NCBI GenBank assembly: GCA_964019335.1
Contig: OZ025702.1
Coordinates: forward strand, 124,001 to 188,000
Origin: Diplonema japonicum
Taxonomy: Eukaryota; Protista; Euglenozoa: Diplonemea
Length of the DNA: 64,000 bases
Direction: 5' to 3'
In this document: positions 46,301 to 56,516 of the stretch, in pieces
Position numbering within the stretch: the first letter of the stretch is position 1
Layout: every line of letters starts with the position of its first letter
Notes under the pieces: model-generated
What the model saw: the letters and a program-made list of their open reading frames with translations, nothing else
Told to the model about the DNA's origin: nothing
Databases searched by the model: none
Made by a program: the position numbers and the translations under genes

Positions 46301-48592
46301 AACGACAAAGATAAAGACCAGTCTTTCTTGATGCCTATTTTCTGCTTAGAGTCGGCAATCGAGTGTTTCAACGCCTCATGGATGTCCTACATGCTCGACT
46401 GTGAAGAGGACACACCGTACAGCAACGGGGAGCACCTCCCCCAAGAGGAGGACACCGGCATCACGTGGTACGGGGACTACAGCAGAGTACCGACCGAGTA
46501 CCGCGACGATGGAGGCGGCACCGACGAGCAGATGGCGATGAACCACAAGCGGTGCGACTACTTCATCCACGGCGTGCAAGAAGGACAAGCCAAGCTACAT
46601 CAGGAGATATCCTGGATTGACTCATGGATGCCTGGTGGTGTACATCGAGACTTACTATACTCGCCTGAAGGCGACCTTGTAGCATGGAGAGAAGGTGCGG
46701 AAGAGTGGGAGGGAGAATGGCGAATGCTGTACCACTCCGCAGTGGCATGGCTGCGAGCAGGGAAAATTCTAGACACAGCTGTGGAATCGCAGAATAAATG
46801 GAAATCACTGTTGTTGATGTTGAAGAAAGCTCTGCTGTCAACAGTGGACGCGTCTTTGCTGATCCTCGACGGGTGGCACGAGGAAGAGGTGCTCACGGAG
46901 GAAGAATACGAAGAGCGCAGGGCGTTCCTACGCGGGCAGGTGTGGGTCATGTGCAACCTGCCTCAAGAAACACTAATCCAAATACCCGAAACGACGCCGA
47001 CGGTGTGCAAAACAACAACAACGTTCCCCGTAGCGGACCTGGTGGTGGTGGGGTGTCTTGTCGTTCTCGCAGAGAGTTCCTTCGCATCCCGTTCGTGGAA
47101 GCTCTTCGCCGAAGAAATGCTGGTGGCGATTGAAAGAAACCTCTGCGACACACAGGTGTACAACACACCGTACACACGTTCCTTCCAACGATCCTTTGTG
47201 GCCTCCGCAGCCGTGGAATGGGGCGCAAAACATTTCCGATGCACGACAGGCGAGGTCGTCCACGCCTTGGACATCATGCGGCAGGAAGGGCTCATCATCC
47301 CATGCATACCAGGATCACGTTTAAGAGTATCCTGCGACGGCTCGTTGTGGAAGATCCCCCCGAACTTCGAGCCGGAATGGAAGGAAGACAGCACCCCGTG
47401 GGGGGAACGCCGTATCAGAGACATGCTGTTGTTCTCTGCAAAGGAAAGCATGTTCCCAGCATTCCCTCCAGAGCGTGATCCAAAACCCAACTACCGTGCG
47501 GGAACAGAGTTCATCCACGCGGAGTACTACGGGTACAAGCTTGAAGCAGTCATTTCAGACAAACGGTTTGGGTTGAAGGCCATTCTACTATCGTCACCCC
47601 TGCGAGTCATTCTTGCCTTCAGAGGAACCGATAACGATGCGAACGTCGATCTGGATCTCGACGTGTGCCCGGGTCCTTTCGAAGCGCACAACGGGTGGGA
47701 ACTGTTTTACGAGAACATGAAGCAAGGCGTGGGACGTCTGAAACACTCCTTCTGCGGGTGCGGGGGTTGGAAAAAACGCGCCTCCAACAAATGCCACGGA
47801 CCAGGCGGCTGCTGCTCGAAATTCTCAACATGCCACCAATTACTCTACGGTTCGGAACCGCAATGCCATGTGGGGTTCATCAATGCATGGCAAGCACTGG
47901 AGTCGTCAGTGTATAAAGTGATCTCAGCAATCTGTCCTGTCGACGATCAACGGCAGGTCTTCGTCACCGGACATTCCTTAGGCGGTGCGCTGGCACAAAT
48001 GGCCGCTTACCATCTGACCTGGAAATTCTACAAAATGAGCAAAAAGGTAAAAGTGTATGCTTTCGCGTCGCCTCGTGTCGGGAACGTTGCCTTCGCCACC
48101 GCATACAACACATGTGTACCAGACACCTTCAGGGTGAACATGAACGGCGATCCTGTCACAAACGTGCCTCCTTCCTTTGGAAGGGCTAGGTACTACCATG
48201 CTGGGACGGAGATCCATTTAGGAAGGTGGGAGAGTGAAGCTTCTTGGTGTATAGACCCAACATGGTTAGACAGTGGGGCAATTCCCATGCCACGTCCTTT
48301 AAGCCACACCCTTGCCGAAATCAATCGTGGTTTAAACAAGATTCTTGATCATTTCAAATGGGACTGGGCGACTCGGAATGGAGGGCTATTGCCTGCAGGT
48401 GAAGACGTACCTCCTGAAGAAGATGAGGAGCATGTTGAGCCTACCAAGGAACCTACCACGGAGGAAAACCCGGCGTCGACTACTGAGTCGAAGGATAAGA
48501 CGTATTTGTGGCCTTGGGTTCGGATCTCGCAGCCGGATGTCCCAGAATTGGATATTGGGAGGTACGAGTCGCCATCTGAGCTTTTGGTTTGA
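43316..48592 (+). CDS. TMEM181/Wntless-like multipass membrane domain fused to a class 3 lipase
   Basis: TM segment, Cys-containing luminal domain, then ENYTKGEAALRY...QDWLPEHVW..LVFLLCYLNP and about 7 more TM segments (TMEM181-like). Ser/Pro-rich linker with many KSP. C-terminal lipase_3 motifs ILAFRGTD, HVGF, VTGHSLGGALA, FASPRVGN, DPVT.VP. Confidence 0.85.
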   Translation: MKLDGTKRSEQENEDGAEEGDGKAANNNEEIYWGDELKDFLDGRDINPFGARPRVQLEIMRGRALKYWWLFAMFVLIIHIVLSAQGPGLRWECVDSCGRGCDIDQGTLSPEEETSYSNRTLFECDWTSQPDGTTWKWTSNINLNKYNYDVLFVVTLVSNMPNNTNPAMHYEDFSTTTSLGFDGETVLFTNPYHLDCSENDGCDWKLVHGDPIGNREGTWEYNISITASPQFTLPPNYEFRLVILKWKENYTKGEAALRYVMLAWVLYLLPYFLWKNFGRPSMIQDWLPEHVWGTAVLVFLLCYLNPMFLPGLAYRDETGARGQAFMAFEVLLSWVYFIVLWGVVLIVPLSVAFGKTRWLWIGFGNGRGGMFLPSIILGLICAFFLGIAIRDFIYADGQRYLQDDSSVPRSMASNTLIRHHDNYALTLAETILFYMAITVLVVTVVYCRFRLQELAYTSARLSFLSYRIYLLIAVPFVLVSAIIRIVEYVTASPLHSVTSTGPDSVRDIVLFSVMSLLFGHFFVPIYSGYISAPPPPHSQAWLYWKWSSDWYAWWTHYGKSLYFFITEKEGQSFEEARVQRLSEELQDKTERLFEKNQRHEPVYHPSEPSPNLDENSSHSDSVASAANQKYKMLLEKGLRLQLPEPSPRRSLVGDYCDTARGAHDSMYLSARGGGLPMQNASVSASFRHLKKLNLSLVKSPPDQLLNHNDPVFDDILQTESVCSQSPRGEEMSPGKHAPPYPEGPLSDTPRTFKSPASNVLSQSTHELKSTITDGVKSPTSEGIKSPVTPGLRARAERRKSPTSPSLKSPIKHTGFKLPKGLKSPTSPALDLPKLKSPLRSPTSDGFRSPKTDGMSTPKIDVPLSPQVDENDRSFLSDSGMKETGLFKVIQPRSPLQSSLDDTRHEEHNAPSRSSSFHFLGNLSGIEVPRFEDEEAQEREKAVLPPAEGPYKNFFRRAMEARRRSSIEETEDKEPSAHNDPFDATPMRRNSSWNSKNDKDKDQSFLMPIFCLESAIECFNASWMSYMLDCEEDTPYSNGEHLPQEEDTGITWYGDYSRVPTEYRDDGGGTDEQMAMNHKRCDYFIHGVQEGQAKLHQEISWIDSWMPGGVHRDLLYSPEGDLVAWREGAEEWEGEWRMLYHSAVAWLRAGKILDTAVESQNKWKSLLLMLKKALLSTVDASLLILDGWHEEEVLTEEEYEERRAFLRGQVWVMCNLPQETLIQIPETTPTVCKTTTTFPVADLVVVGCLVVLAESSFASRSWKLFAEEMLVAIERNLCDTQVYNTPYTRSFQRSFVASAAVEWGAKHFRCTTGEVVHALDIMRQEGLIIPCIPGSRLRVSCDGSLWKIPPNFEPEWKEDSTPWGERRIRDMLLFSAKESMFPAFPPERDPKPNYRAGTEFIHAEYYGYKLEAVISDKRFGLKAILLSSPLRVILAFRGTDNDANVDLDLDVCPGPFEAHNGWELFYENMKQGVGRLKHSFCGCGGWKKRASNKCHGPGGCCSKFSTCHQLLYGSEPQCHVGFINAWQALESSVYKVISAICPVDDQRQVFVTGHSLGGALAQMAAYHLTWKFYKMSKKVKVYAFASPRVGNVAFATAYNTCVPDTFRVNMNGDPVTNVPPSFGRARYYHAGTEIHLGRWESEASWCIDPTWLDSGAIPMPRPLSHTLAEINRGLNKILDHFKWDWATRNGGLLPAGEDVPPEEDEEHVEPTKEPTTEENPASTTESKDKTYLWPWVRISQPDVPELDIGRYESPSELLV

Positions 48593-49631
48593 AGAATTAA
48601 TTTAAAAGGAGGCCCCCTCTTTGGAATAAAAAAAAGTAGGCTCCGGGAAAGGAAAAAAAAAAAAAAAAAAAAGAGAGGGGTGAATGTAACATAGAACAAA
48701 TATTCCCATTGTCACCAAGATAGACCCCCCCCCCCCCCAACCTCCCCTCCCCAACGCTGAGCAAGCCAAAAAAAAAAAAAAAAAAAAAGGTCATTTTTCT
48801 CTCTCTTTTTTTTTTCTTTCCCCCATCCGATCTTTTTTTTTTGTTTTTCTCATCATTTCGATCTTCTCTTTCTTTTTTTTTTTTTGTTTTTGTTTTTATT
48901 TTCCATGCTGAAACTGTTCAGTTGTCGCAAAGGAAAGAAAAGAAGGGGAAAAAAAAAGGAAAAAAAAAGAAAACGAAAAAAAAAAAAGAAGAAAAAAATA
49001 CTCTTCATTTAACTCAGAAGGGCATCCGAACACAGCCTTCCCGTGTAGGAATGCGAATGCGTTAAAACACGCAATTCAACAGGCAAATTTAGAGATGTGA
49101 AAGGGTAGAAAGAAAAAAAAGAAGGAAAAAGAAATAGCAAAAGGCAAAAGCACCCCCTCCATTTCCCTTGCCTCACTCCCCCGCCCTTTTTTTTTTTTGA
49201 GGAAGAGTGTATTTTTTGTATGTTAAAAAAGAAAACTTTTTTTGAGTTCCTCATCACTTTCTCCTTATATTTTATTCCCCCACCCATAGGGCGGCCCTCT
49301 AGCGGGGGGCTTGTCCTGTACTTTGAGTTTTATTTCTTCTACAAATGGGAGGGGGGGGGGGGGAGAGATAAAGGAAGAAAACAAAAATTTCGCTACTTTT
49401 GATAAGTCATATGTTTCCCCCTTCCCCCCCCCCTTTTTTTTAATCACTACCTCCTTTGTCAATGTAGACTAGTAAGGTAATGAACAATGGCATGAAGTAA
49501 ATAAAAAGGAGGTGCAGTATTTTAAAAAAAAAAAAAAAAAAAAAAAGTGTACAAAATTATTTTTTGTTTTCTCCATTGTCGGCAAAGCGTTTTTTTTTTT
49601 TTTTTTTTCCTTTCCCCCCACCCCCTCCGTT

Positions 49632-49664
<33 letters not shown>

Positions 49665-49699
49665 CGATTCTAATTACACCCACAACCCAAAAAGCCGAC

Positions 49700-50740
49700 A
49701 TGAAACGAAAGCATGATAACTCTGAGTGGAGCTGTGGCCTATGCGGTGGGAACGGAGGAGGAGCTGTGTGCCCTGTGTGCAACGCACCAAAAATGTCACC
49801 TATAGGCGGTCTTCTGAAAGGCTCAGGGACACGCGAGTGGGACGGGGCACAAGTATCTGACGATTTCCCACTATCAATGGAACCGGTGGTGGGAGACGAA
49901 AAGCTGACTCTTCACAAGGCGGTCCCCTACGAGGAAAACGAAGGGATCGAGTTCAAAGAATGCAGTTTTTTGGTACGGCTACGCCCCTACAACGGACACT
50001 ACGAGCAGCCGAGAGACTTCTTCTTAAAAAGGGAAAATGACACTAGATGGTGGAAACAGTGCAGGGCACCCTTACCAGAACACTCCTGGAAACAGCCTAG
50101 CATCGCTAATCAAAGAACAATGAAACAGTACATCGAGGAGTCACCCCTCTCTGCTAACGAACGAGAGTCTTATGAAATAGGTTTTCAAGTGTACATAAAA
50201 CAACTTGCTCCGAGTCATCCGGACGGGAGGTGGTTGGTGAAAGGGATGCCTGGATATTTTGAATGGATTTTAGTGGGAAATGTTGCGTCGATGCTCAACT
50301 CTCCTTCTTTGAAAAAGGGTTCTTTGTACCTTGGGGTGGACGACAGCGGGAAGGTTAAAGGCGTTCCCTTGACACACAGGCAGCGGAGCAACTTGCTGTA
50401 CCATTGTTCCAGGGCATTGTTGTGTATTTACCCTCCTGTTTTGAGCAGTGATGTTTCGGTCGAATTTCTTGACGTGGTAACGGAGGGGAACCCCCCCCGG
50501 CCGATCCCAAATCATTGTGTCATCAAGGTGAATGTCCATCCTGCAGCCCCGCACCCGCTTTACCTCCATCCGAAGTTTTCAAAGAAACGAGATGTGATCG
50601 CATGGTGCCCCTTCGCGCCCGTGGCACCCGTCAGAAAACTCGGATCAGTCCACAAGCTCAGCACAGAACAGATAAAAGAACACTTAACGCTAAGCTCTCT
50701 TACAGAAAAACAGACAAAATTGTACTCATGGATTTTATAG
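49700..50740 (+). CDS. RanBP2-like zinc finger + Schlafen/AlbA_2 domain protein
   Basis: WSCGLCGGNGGGAVCPVCNAPK finger; AlbA_2 motifs EENEGIEFKE, VASMLNS..GSLYLGVDDSGKVKGV, IYPPV..VEFLDV, VIKVNV. Confidence 0.8.
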   Translation: MKRKHDNSEWSCGLCGGNGGGAVCPVCNAPKMSPIGGLLKGSGTREWDGAQVSDDFPLSMEPVVGDEKLTLHKAVPYEENEGIEFKECSFLVRLRPYNGHYEQPRDFFLKRENDTRWWKQCRAPLPEHSWKQPSIANQRTMKQYIEESPLSANERESYEIGFQVYIKQLAPSHPDGRWLVKGMPGYFEWILVGNVASMLNSPSLKKGSLYLGVDDSGKVKGVPLTHRQRSNLLYHCSRALLCIYPPVLSSDVSVEFLDVVTEGNPPRPIPNHCVIKVNVHPAAPHPLYLHPKFSKKRDVIAWCPFAPVAPVRKLGSVHKLSTEQIKEHLTLSSLTEKQTKLYSWIL

Positions 50741-50843
50741 AAAAAAAAATATTTTTTTTTTTGGGACCAAAAAAAATTTTTTTTAAAAAAGGAGGGGGGG
50801 GAGTATGGGGTCTTCCCACGAGATCCGGATGTTGGGGGAGGTG

Positions 50844-51032
50844 ATGCACTACCCCCTTTTGTTTCTTCTCTTTTCGCTTGTGGGTCTTCTCTTCCTCAGC
50901 GTATACCGCCCGGTGGCGGGCATCCCGAGAGTGGGAGAAACACTCCACGGGGAGCTGATGTTGCAACAACTGAAGAACCAGAAAGGGAACGAACTGCTGC
51001 CCACCTGGTACGAGAATAAGAAACAGGTTTGA
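50844..51032 (+). CDS. Possible small signal-anchor/secreted peptide
   Basis: Short complex-sequence island between homopolymer spacers encoding MHYPLLFLLFSLVGLLFLSVYRP...; alternative start at 50805. No family recognised. Confidence 0.3.
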   Translation: MHYPLLFLLFSLVGLLFLSVYRPVAGIPRVGETLHGELMLQQLKNQKGNELLPTWYENKKQV

Positions 51033-51202
51033 AAAAAATAAAATATTTAGGGTGCTTCCCCCCCCCCCTTGACGAAAAATGTTTTATAACATAACGGCCC
51101 CAGTTAACAACCCCCGCCCCCCCTTTTTTTTTCCTAACCCGTAGCATTAAAAAGAGCGTTAAACCAAGAACGGGGAAGAAAAAAAAAAAGAAGAAGAAAA
51201 AA

Positions 51203-52508
51203 ATGGGGCAAGGACTCTCAACAGAAATAGGAGAGGACTCCTTGTATTACACTAATAAAGCCCAGCTTGAAGAGACAGAGCAAAAGGTCAGAGAGTCCGA
51301 TAACTGCCACGAATTGGAGCTGGCGAACCGATACATAGGGGAGGAGGGGATGACGGTGGCAAGGGACCTGCTGAGGAACAACACAACAGTAAGGCACTTG
51401 AACCTGAGCTACAACAGGCTGAACGATGACTCGATAGGGGTGCTGTGTGAAGGTTTGAGCGAGAACAACACGGTGTGTGGGTTTAAAAAAAAAAAAAAAC
51501 TACACCCCACAGCTTGAAATCCTGAACCTTTCAGGCAACGCGATGACAGAGGAAGGAGCGAAATTTCTCGCAGCGTTGCTTCGAACAAACACCACGCTGC
51601 ATACTTTGATTCTCTACAACTGCAGCCTTGACGATCGTTGTGGGTTGGCACTTGCGAATGCCTTGCAGCACAACTCAACGCTGGATACGTTGAACGTTGC
51701 GATGAACGAAATGTCGGAGCTTTCTGCAGGATTCTTTCTGAAATGTCTGGAGCACAACAGAGCCCTCGCTGTTTTGAACACAAAACAAAACAAAATCACC
51801 GACGAACAACAGGCAAAAATACACGACGCATTACTGCAACACAAAGAAACACAGCTCGCATTGGCAGGGGAACGACGAAAACGGGCCGCAAAAGTCCGCG
51901 AGAATAAAGAACGGGAAGAGGAGGAAAAAAGAAACCAGGAACAACAACGTGCCGCGACAATAGAAAGCATAGAGAAGCAAAAACAAGACATGGACGAGAG
52001 ACAGAAAGAGCTGGAAGACGAGGAAGAGCAACTGAAACGACAGCACGACGCCAGTCAATTCGCGAGAAAAACCGCAAAAGAAAGCAACATGCAAATGAAG
52101 AAAGAGTACATCCAAGCAACAGTTGAAAATGCATACAGTTGGAGGGCGAAGATCGGGCTAGGACAAAGGGACACATGGCACGCTGGCTTCACAGCAAATC
52201 CAAGTATAAAATCCAAGAACCCCTCCGCTGACTCGTACGGAACAGTACGTACCTTGCAGCCTTGCTGGTGTGAGCCAACTGATGCCGCTGGGTACGCGGG
52301 GCAGCTGCACTATCATTGCAAGTATGAGCAGGAGCCTGATGCCTTCCACCATGACGATGCCGGGCTTGACAGTAGGAAGTACGAAGGCTGCAAGCGGACC
52401 GGCCACCCTTGCGTGAGCGTCGGGGTGTACGCGAAACCTTTGCAAAAAGACACCGCGGCAACATTTTTCTCTTCGAGGAGCCCGCACCACGTGACGGAGC
52501 ATGCGTGA
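51203..52508 (+). CDS. Myristoylated RI-type leucine-rich repeat protein with coiled coil
   Basis: MGQGLS N-terminus; 28-aa LRRs (N.T(V/L)..L.L..N.(I/L/M)...G...LA..L). Intron 51473-51512 restores ENNT|LEILNLSGN. Followed by a coiled coil and a Cys/His-containing C-terminus. Confidence 0.85.
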
Positions 52509-52623
52509 GAAGAAGGGGGGAAAAAAAAAAAAAAAAAAAAAATGTGAATATCCTTTTCTTGATTTTATTTTTTTTTTTCTCTTCAAAAAAAAAAAAAAAA
52601 AAAAAGAGGGGAGGGGAGTAGAA

Positions 52624-52833
52624 ATGCAGCGAGAACCCAGCGACTCGGAACTGGAGGAGGACATGGTCGAGGACATGGACGAGGACATCGTTGTCCTTGA
52701 CACCGAGCGGCGTACCACCACGGATGTCTTGAGCAGTCGCAGTTACCTTTATGATTGGGATACGGGTGCTCCTACACAGAGCGTGACGGGGCTGTGTGAG
52801 ATATTCGTGACGACGGAAGGGATGCTGCCGTGA
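52624..52833 (+). CDS. Small acidic hypothetical protein (69 aa)
   Basis: Coding-like GC island after a poly-A leader, encoding MQREPSDSELEEDMVEDMDEDIVVLD...; no family recognised. Confidence 0.4.
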   Translation: MQREPSDSELEEDMVEDMDEDIVVLDTERRTTTDVLSSRSYLYDWDTGAPTQSVTGLCEIFVTTEGMLP

Positions 52834-52967
52834 GAGTACTTTAATGGGTATTTTTTTTTTTTTTCTTTTTATATTTTATCCCCATTTTCTATTGCGACTA
52901 CACCTTTTGAGTTCGAGAGCAAAATAAAAAAAAGATAAATTGAACTTGTCATCCTTTTTTTTTTTTT

Positions 52968-53520
52968 TTTATCTGATAGTTCAGAAATTTCTTCACTCCT
53001 AACCCCCCCTATAATCTGATTACCCCCCTCTCATAATTTGATAATCTGGGCTATAATTTGATAGCTCAATTATGGGCAGGACTAAGGTGTTTATGGCCAG
53101 AAGGTTGGGAAATGGGACCGTGTCAAACTTTTTTGCAAGTGTGCTGAAGAACAAGGGCCCCGACGAAAGCATCTACTTTCGAACGGGAGGATCTCGAGGA
53201 GCTCATGTCTATGGAGTGCCCTGGATCTGAGCCGCTGAACCGCTTCTTACTGTACCGTGCTTTGTTTGTATGCGGTTTCTTCGGGAGTCTTCGTGTAACG
53301 GAGAACTATAACCTGGAAAGGTGCAATATCGCAGGTCAACAGGGTTGCCTGGAGGACTAAAAATGTGTAGGGTCACCGCACTTCCGCCTGAATCAGCTGA
53401 AAATAGGCCGTTTTTTCATAATTTGATAGATAGCAGTTGATAGCTCATAATTTGGTTTTGGGTTTTTGGCCCACTTTCTCGGTCACTCGGAGTGACTCAA
53501 TTTCTGAACTATCAGATAAA
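52968..53520 (+). mobile_element. Inverted-repeat-bounded element carrying a tyrosine-recombinase relic (Crypton-like, non-autonomous)
   Basis: Perfect 22-bp inverted repeats TTTATCTGATAGTTCAGAAATT (52968-52989) and AATTTCTGAACTATCAGATAAA (53499-53520), extendable to about 32 bp with 3 mismatches. Subterminal ATAATYTGAT repeats and an internal YR box-I peptide. Confidence 0.75.
53086..53360 (+). pseudogene. Frameshifted tyrosine recombinase fragment
   Basis: GVYGQKVGKWDRVKLFCKCAEEQGP / frameshift / KASTFEREDLEELMSMECPGSEPLNRFLLYRALFVCGFFGSLRVTENYNLERCNI. The G-x2-G-x-L-R-x2-E-x3-L-x3-(D/N)-I pattern is the YR box-I motif (Arg codon 53292-53294). The H-x2-R and Tyr motifs are missing. Confidence 0.7.
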
Positions 53521-53568
53521 ATTACTTACTTTGCGCCAAAATATGGCCATCCCATTTACTCTCGAACC

Positions 53569-53608
<40 letters not shown>

Positions 53609-53858
53609 ACCCACGGTTCTCAAGTAAATTATGACCATAATTTGTTGCAAATAAATAGCTATTTTTTCGTACGACGCGTCTTAGAAAGGTAATTTTTAGA
53701 GACCCCCCCCTTTTTTGTTCATCTCTGTTAACTTACACGAACTGTCAAGAATAGCTTATCCTTGAATGCAAGTTTGAGAACAGAATTGGAACAATAACCC
53801 AAAAAAACAAAATAAACGGACGGGGGGAGGGGGGAAGCTTTTTTGTCTCTATCAATGT

Positions 53859-53896
<38 letters not shown>

Positions 53897-55026
53897 CCCG
53901 TCAAGTGATGTGCAGGGTGTGTTTCTAAACCCCCCAACATTCCCCCCCTTTTTTTTTCTGGGCTGATTTATCAGTCCTTCTGTGTGTATCAAACCAAGAG
54001 AAAGAAAAAAAGAAAAAAAAAGGGGAGGGCTTGTTGTTGTGCTTTGAAACAACTGATAGATTTCTTGTTTAGTATTTTCTCGAACAAAGCCGTCCTGGTG
54101 CTTATTTGTCCATGCTAGGGTGGCGGGTGCTCGGGAGAGTACGAGTTATTTATCTTTTCAAAAAAAAAAAAAAAAAAAAAAAAAACTACGCAAGACTTCA
54201 AGAATTAAAACTTGAACCAATGCGGTGTGAAACACAAAACTATAAGAAAGCACCATCTCTAGAGGTGTAAAAAACACGAGTTTCACAAACACACGACCAC
54301 CGAGTTGTTTGGCCCCTTCTTTAAGACTTACCAATTATTGCGAACGGGAAAAAAAAAAAAAAAAGAGAGAGAAAGAAAAAGGGGGGGTAGAATGTGTACT
54401 TACATACTAGAAAGCAGGTGCCCGTGCGCCAAGTCAAGGAAAAAAAAAAAAATAATAATAATAATAATAAGGGAAATGTAGCTGATTAGATTCGTGCGTT
54501 CCGTTCTCTAGGGGATTGTCTCCCCCTCCTCCCATTCTTTTTTTTTTTTTTTTTTGAGAAAATAACAGTAAGAAATAGAAAATTAGGAGGAGGGTGCCCC
54601 CTCTTCCTGTATTTTTTTCTCAAACAGTATGTATAGGTTCCCCTCCCTTTTTATTTGAATGTTGGGACTGCTCACATATCTGAAGCGCTGCCGGACACCT
54701 GCCGTTGTCTGCATAGCACCAAGTGAACGGCTTGAGGTAAAGTTTCTCGTTGCAGCATGCCCTCCCCCAAAAAAAATATCCGGACGAGATAACGTTTAAG
54801 TAAACAGTTTTATTTTTATTTTTGAAATAAAGGAAAAAATTTCCCTCCCTTCCTTTTGGCTTTCTTGACTAGTCTATCTCTCTACGGTGCTAGGAAAGAG
54901 AAAAAAAAGGGGGGGGGAAGAAGGCGATGGGATGGGAGGGGGAAAAAAAATACCCTCCCCCCCTCCCCTTCTTCTCTTGCCCCTCCTTCCTTTCTCTCTA
55001 AAAGGAAAAAAAGAAAATCTAAATGA

Positions 55027-55650
55027 GCCGTTGCTAACCACTTCGGTTCCTATCGATAGTGAATTACAACTAGTACTACTTACTACTCCTCCCTCCCCCC
55101 CTTAATTTTAACCACTAAACCACATGTCATGTATATGTGACATAAAAAAGAAAGTAATCCATTGACCTTTTTGGTCAAATTGCAACCTGCTATTCTCTTT
55201 TTTCTCACCTTGTTTGGCTAAATGCTGCCCTTTTTCAGCATCATTTTAAGAATTTGAGAAGTCTAAAATCCGGGGGAAAGTGGCTGAAGGGGGGCATCAG
55301 AAGCACCCGAAACACCGACAAGTACCAGAAAACTCATCGATAAGCCACCGGATGCCAGAGAGGTGTGAAACGCAAGCTAAATCTGGTCAGATTAGTTTTT
55401 TTTTAATGCATTTTTGTGCATTTTTAGGCAATTGGGTCAAAAATCATAAGGTTGAAAGAGGCATAAAAACAACACTTTATATTGGTTGAATGCTGCCATT
55501 TTTTTTGGGGGGGGGGGAGATTGACTCTTTCGGTTTTTTGGCCTGTGGGATTAGTGGTCAATATAAATGTCTCTCTTTTTTTTTTTTTTTCTCTTTTTTT
55601 TTAGTAGCGTATGGTGGGCCGTTGCTAACCACTTCGTTCCTATCATAGTG
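55027..55650 (+). repeat. ~35-bp direct repeat (55027-55061 and 55618-55650)
   Basis: GCCGTTGCTAACCACTTCG(G)TTCCTATC(G)ATAGTG twice; the copies differ by two 1-nt indels. Confidence 0.8.
55108..55561. mobile_element. TTAA-flanked MITE-like element with imperfect TIRs (piggyBac-like ends)
   Basis: Left end TTAA|CCACTAAACCACATGTC; right end GGCCTGTGGGATTAGTGG|TCAA (reverse complement TTGA|CCACTAATCCCACAGGCC). No coding capacity seen. Confidence 0.5.
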
Positions 55651-56080
55651 GATTTTTTTTTCCTTCTTAAACCTGATGCACGCTGCAACGTCGTCAAATT
55701 TTTTTCAAACGATAATTTATTGAGTCTTGGTGTGCATCAGGTTAAAAGAGAATTCCGTATGCAACTTTTATTGTGCCAAGCAAAAGAAGTTTTTGCAGCT
55801 TTGTAAATTCTATTTTTTTTTTGCTTGCGAACAGCAAAGATATAAGTCATAAGGAATTCGTTTTCCCTCCGCCACGATAGGTAAAAAAAGATATATATGT
55901 CTTGTTATTGCCGTATTTGGGCTTAATATGAAATGGAGAAGGGAAAAAAAAAATTCCGGTAAATTCCGAGTGGCTAAAGAGCCAAAAAAAGAAGAAAAAA
56001 AGAAAATAAAAAAAAAAAATAAAAAAAAACCATTTGTTGTCGATTCTTATTGCAGAGTTAAACAATCGCTAACGAGCTAA

Positions 56081-56130
<50 letters not shown>

Positions 56131-56279
56131 CTTTTTTTTTGCAACTTTGCTTGGGCGGAGTCAAACCTCCGCTGGTGATCCCTTGGCCACGGACAAAGAA
56201 GTTCCTCCCCCCCCTCTGCACTCTTTCGAGGTAAAAAAAAAGAGTTTTATTACCTTGTTAACTTTTTCTTTTCTTGCGC

Positions 56280-56516
56280 ACTGCACGAGCGCAGAATCTT
56301 GGTTACCCGGAGTCGCCCCGGCTAGGGTTGAGTTACGCAGAAGAAGCTACAGCTCGGTCGAGGTGCGCCCCCTTTAATCAAGTAGTCAGTTCGTGCTTCG
56401 TTGCACACTTAACGCCACTTAGTGTTGCAATCAAAACCCCATTCCCCCCCCCCCCCCTTTTTTTTGCGTCTTTTTCAGGCGTCCTGCCACACACCGCAGG
56501 TACCCTTAAATATCTC
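56280..56516 (+). repeat. Dispersed repeat blocks A (56280-56385) and B (56474-56516), copy 2
   Basis: Same blocks in the same order and orientation as at 13.2-14.1 kb. Block A has an internal ~33-bp deletion and block B has 2 substitutions. Confidence 0.85.

Noticed and set aside
53144-53175. Hammerhead-like CTGAAGA...GAAA
   Set aside because: Stem II cannot close (A opposite C) and there are no convincing stems I/III; the segment is better explained as recombinase coding relic.
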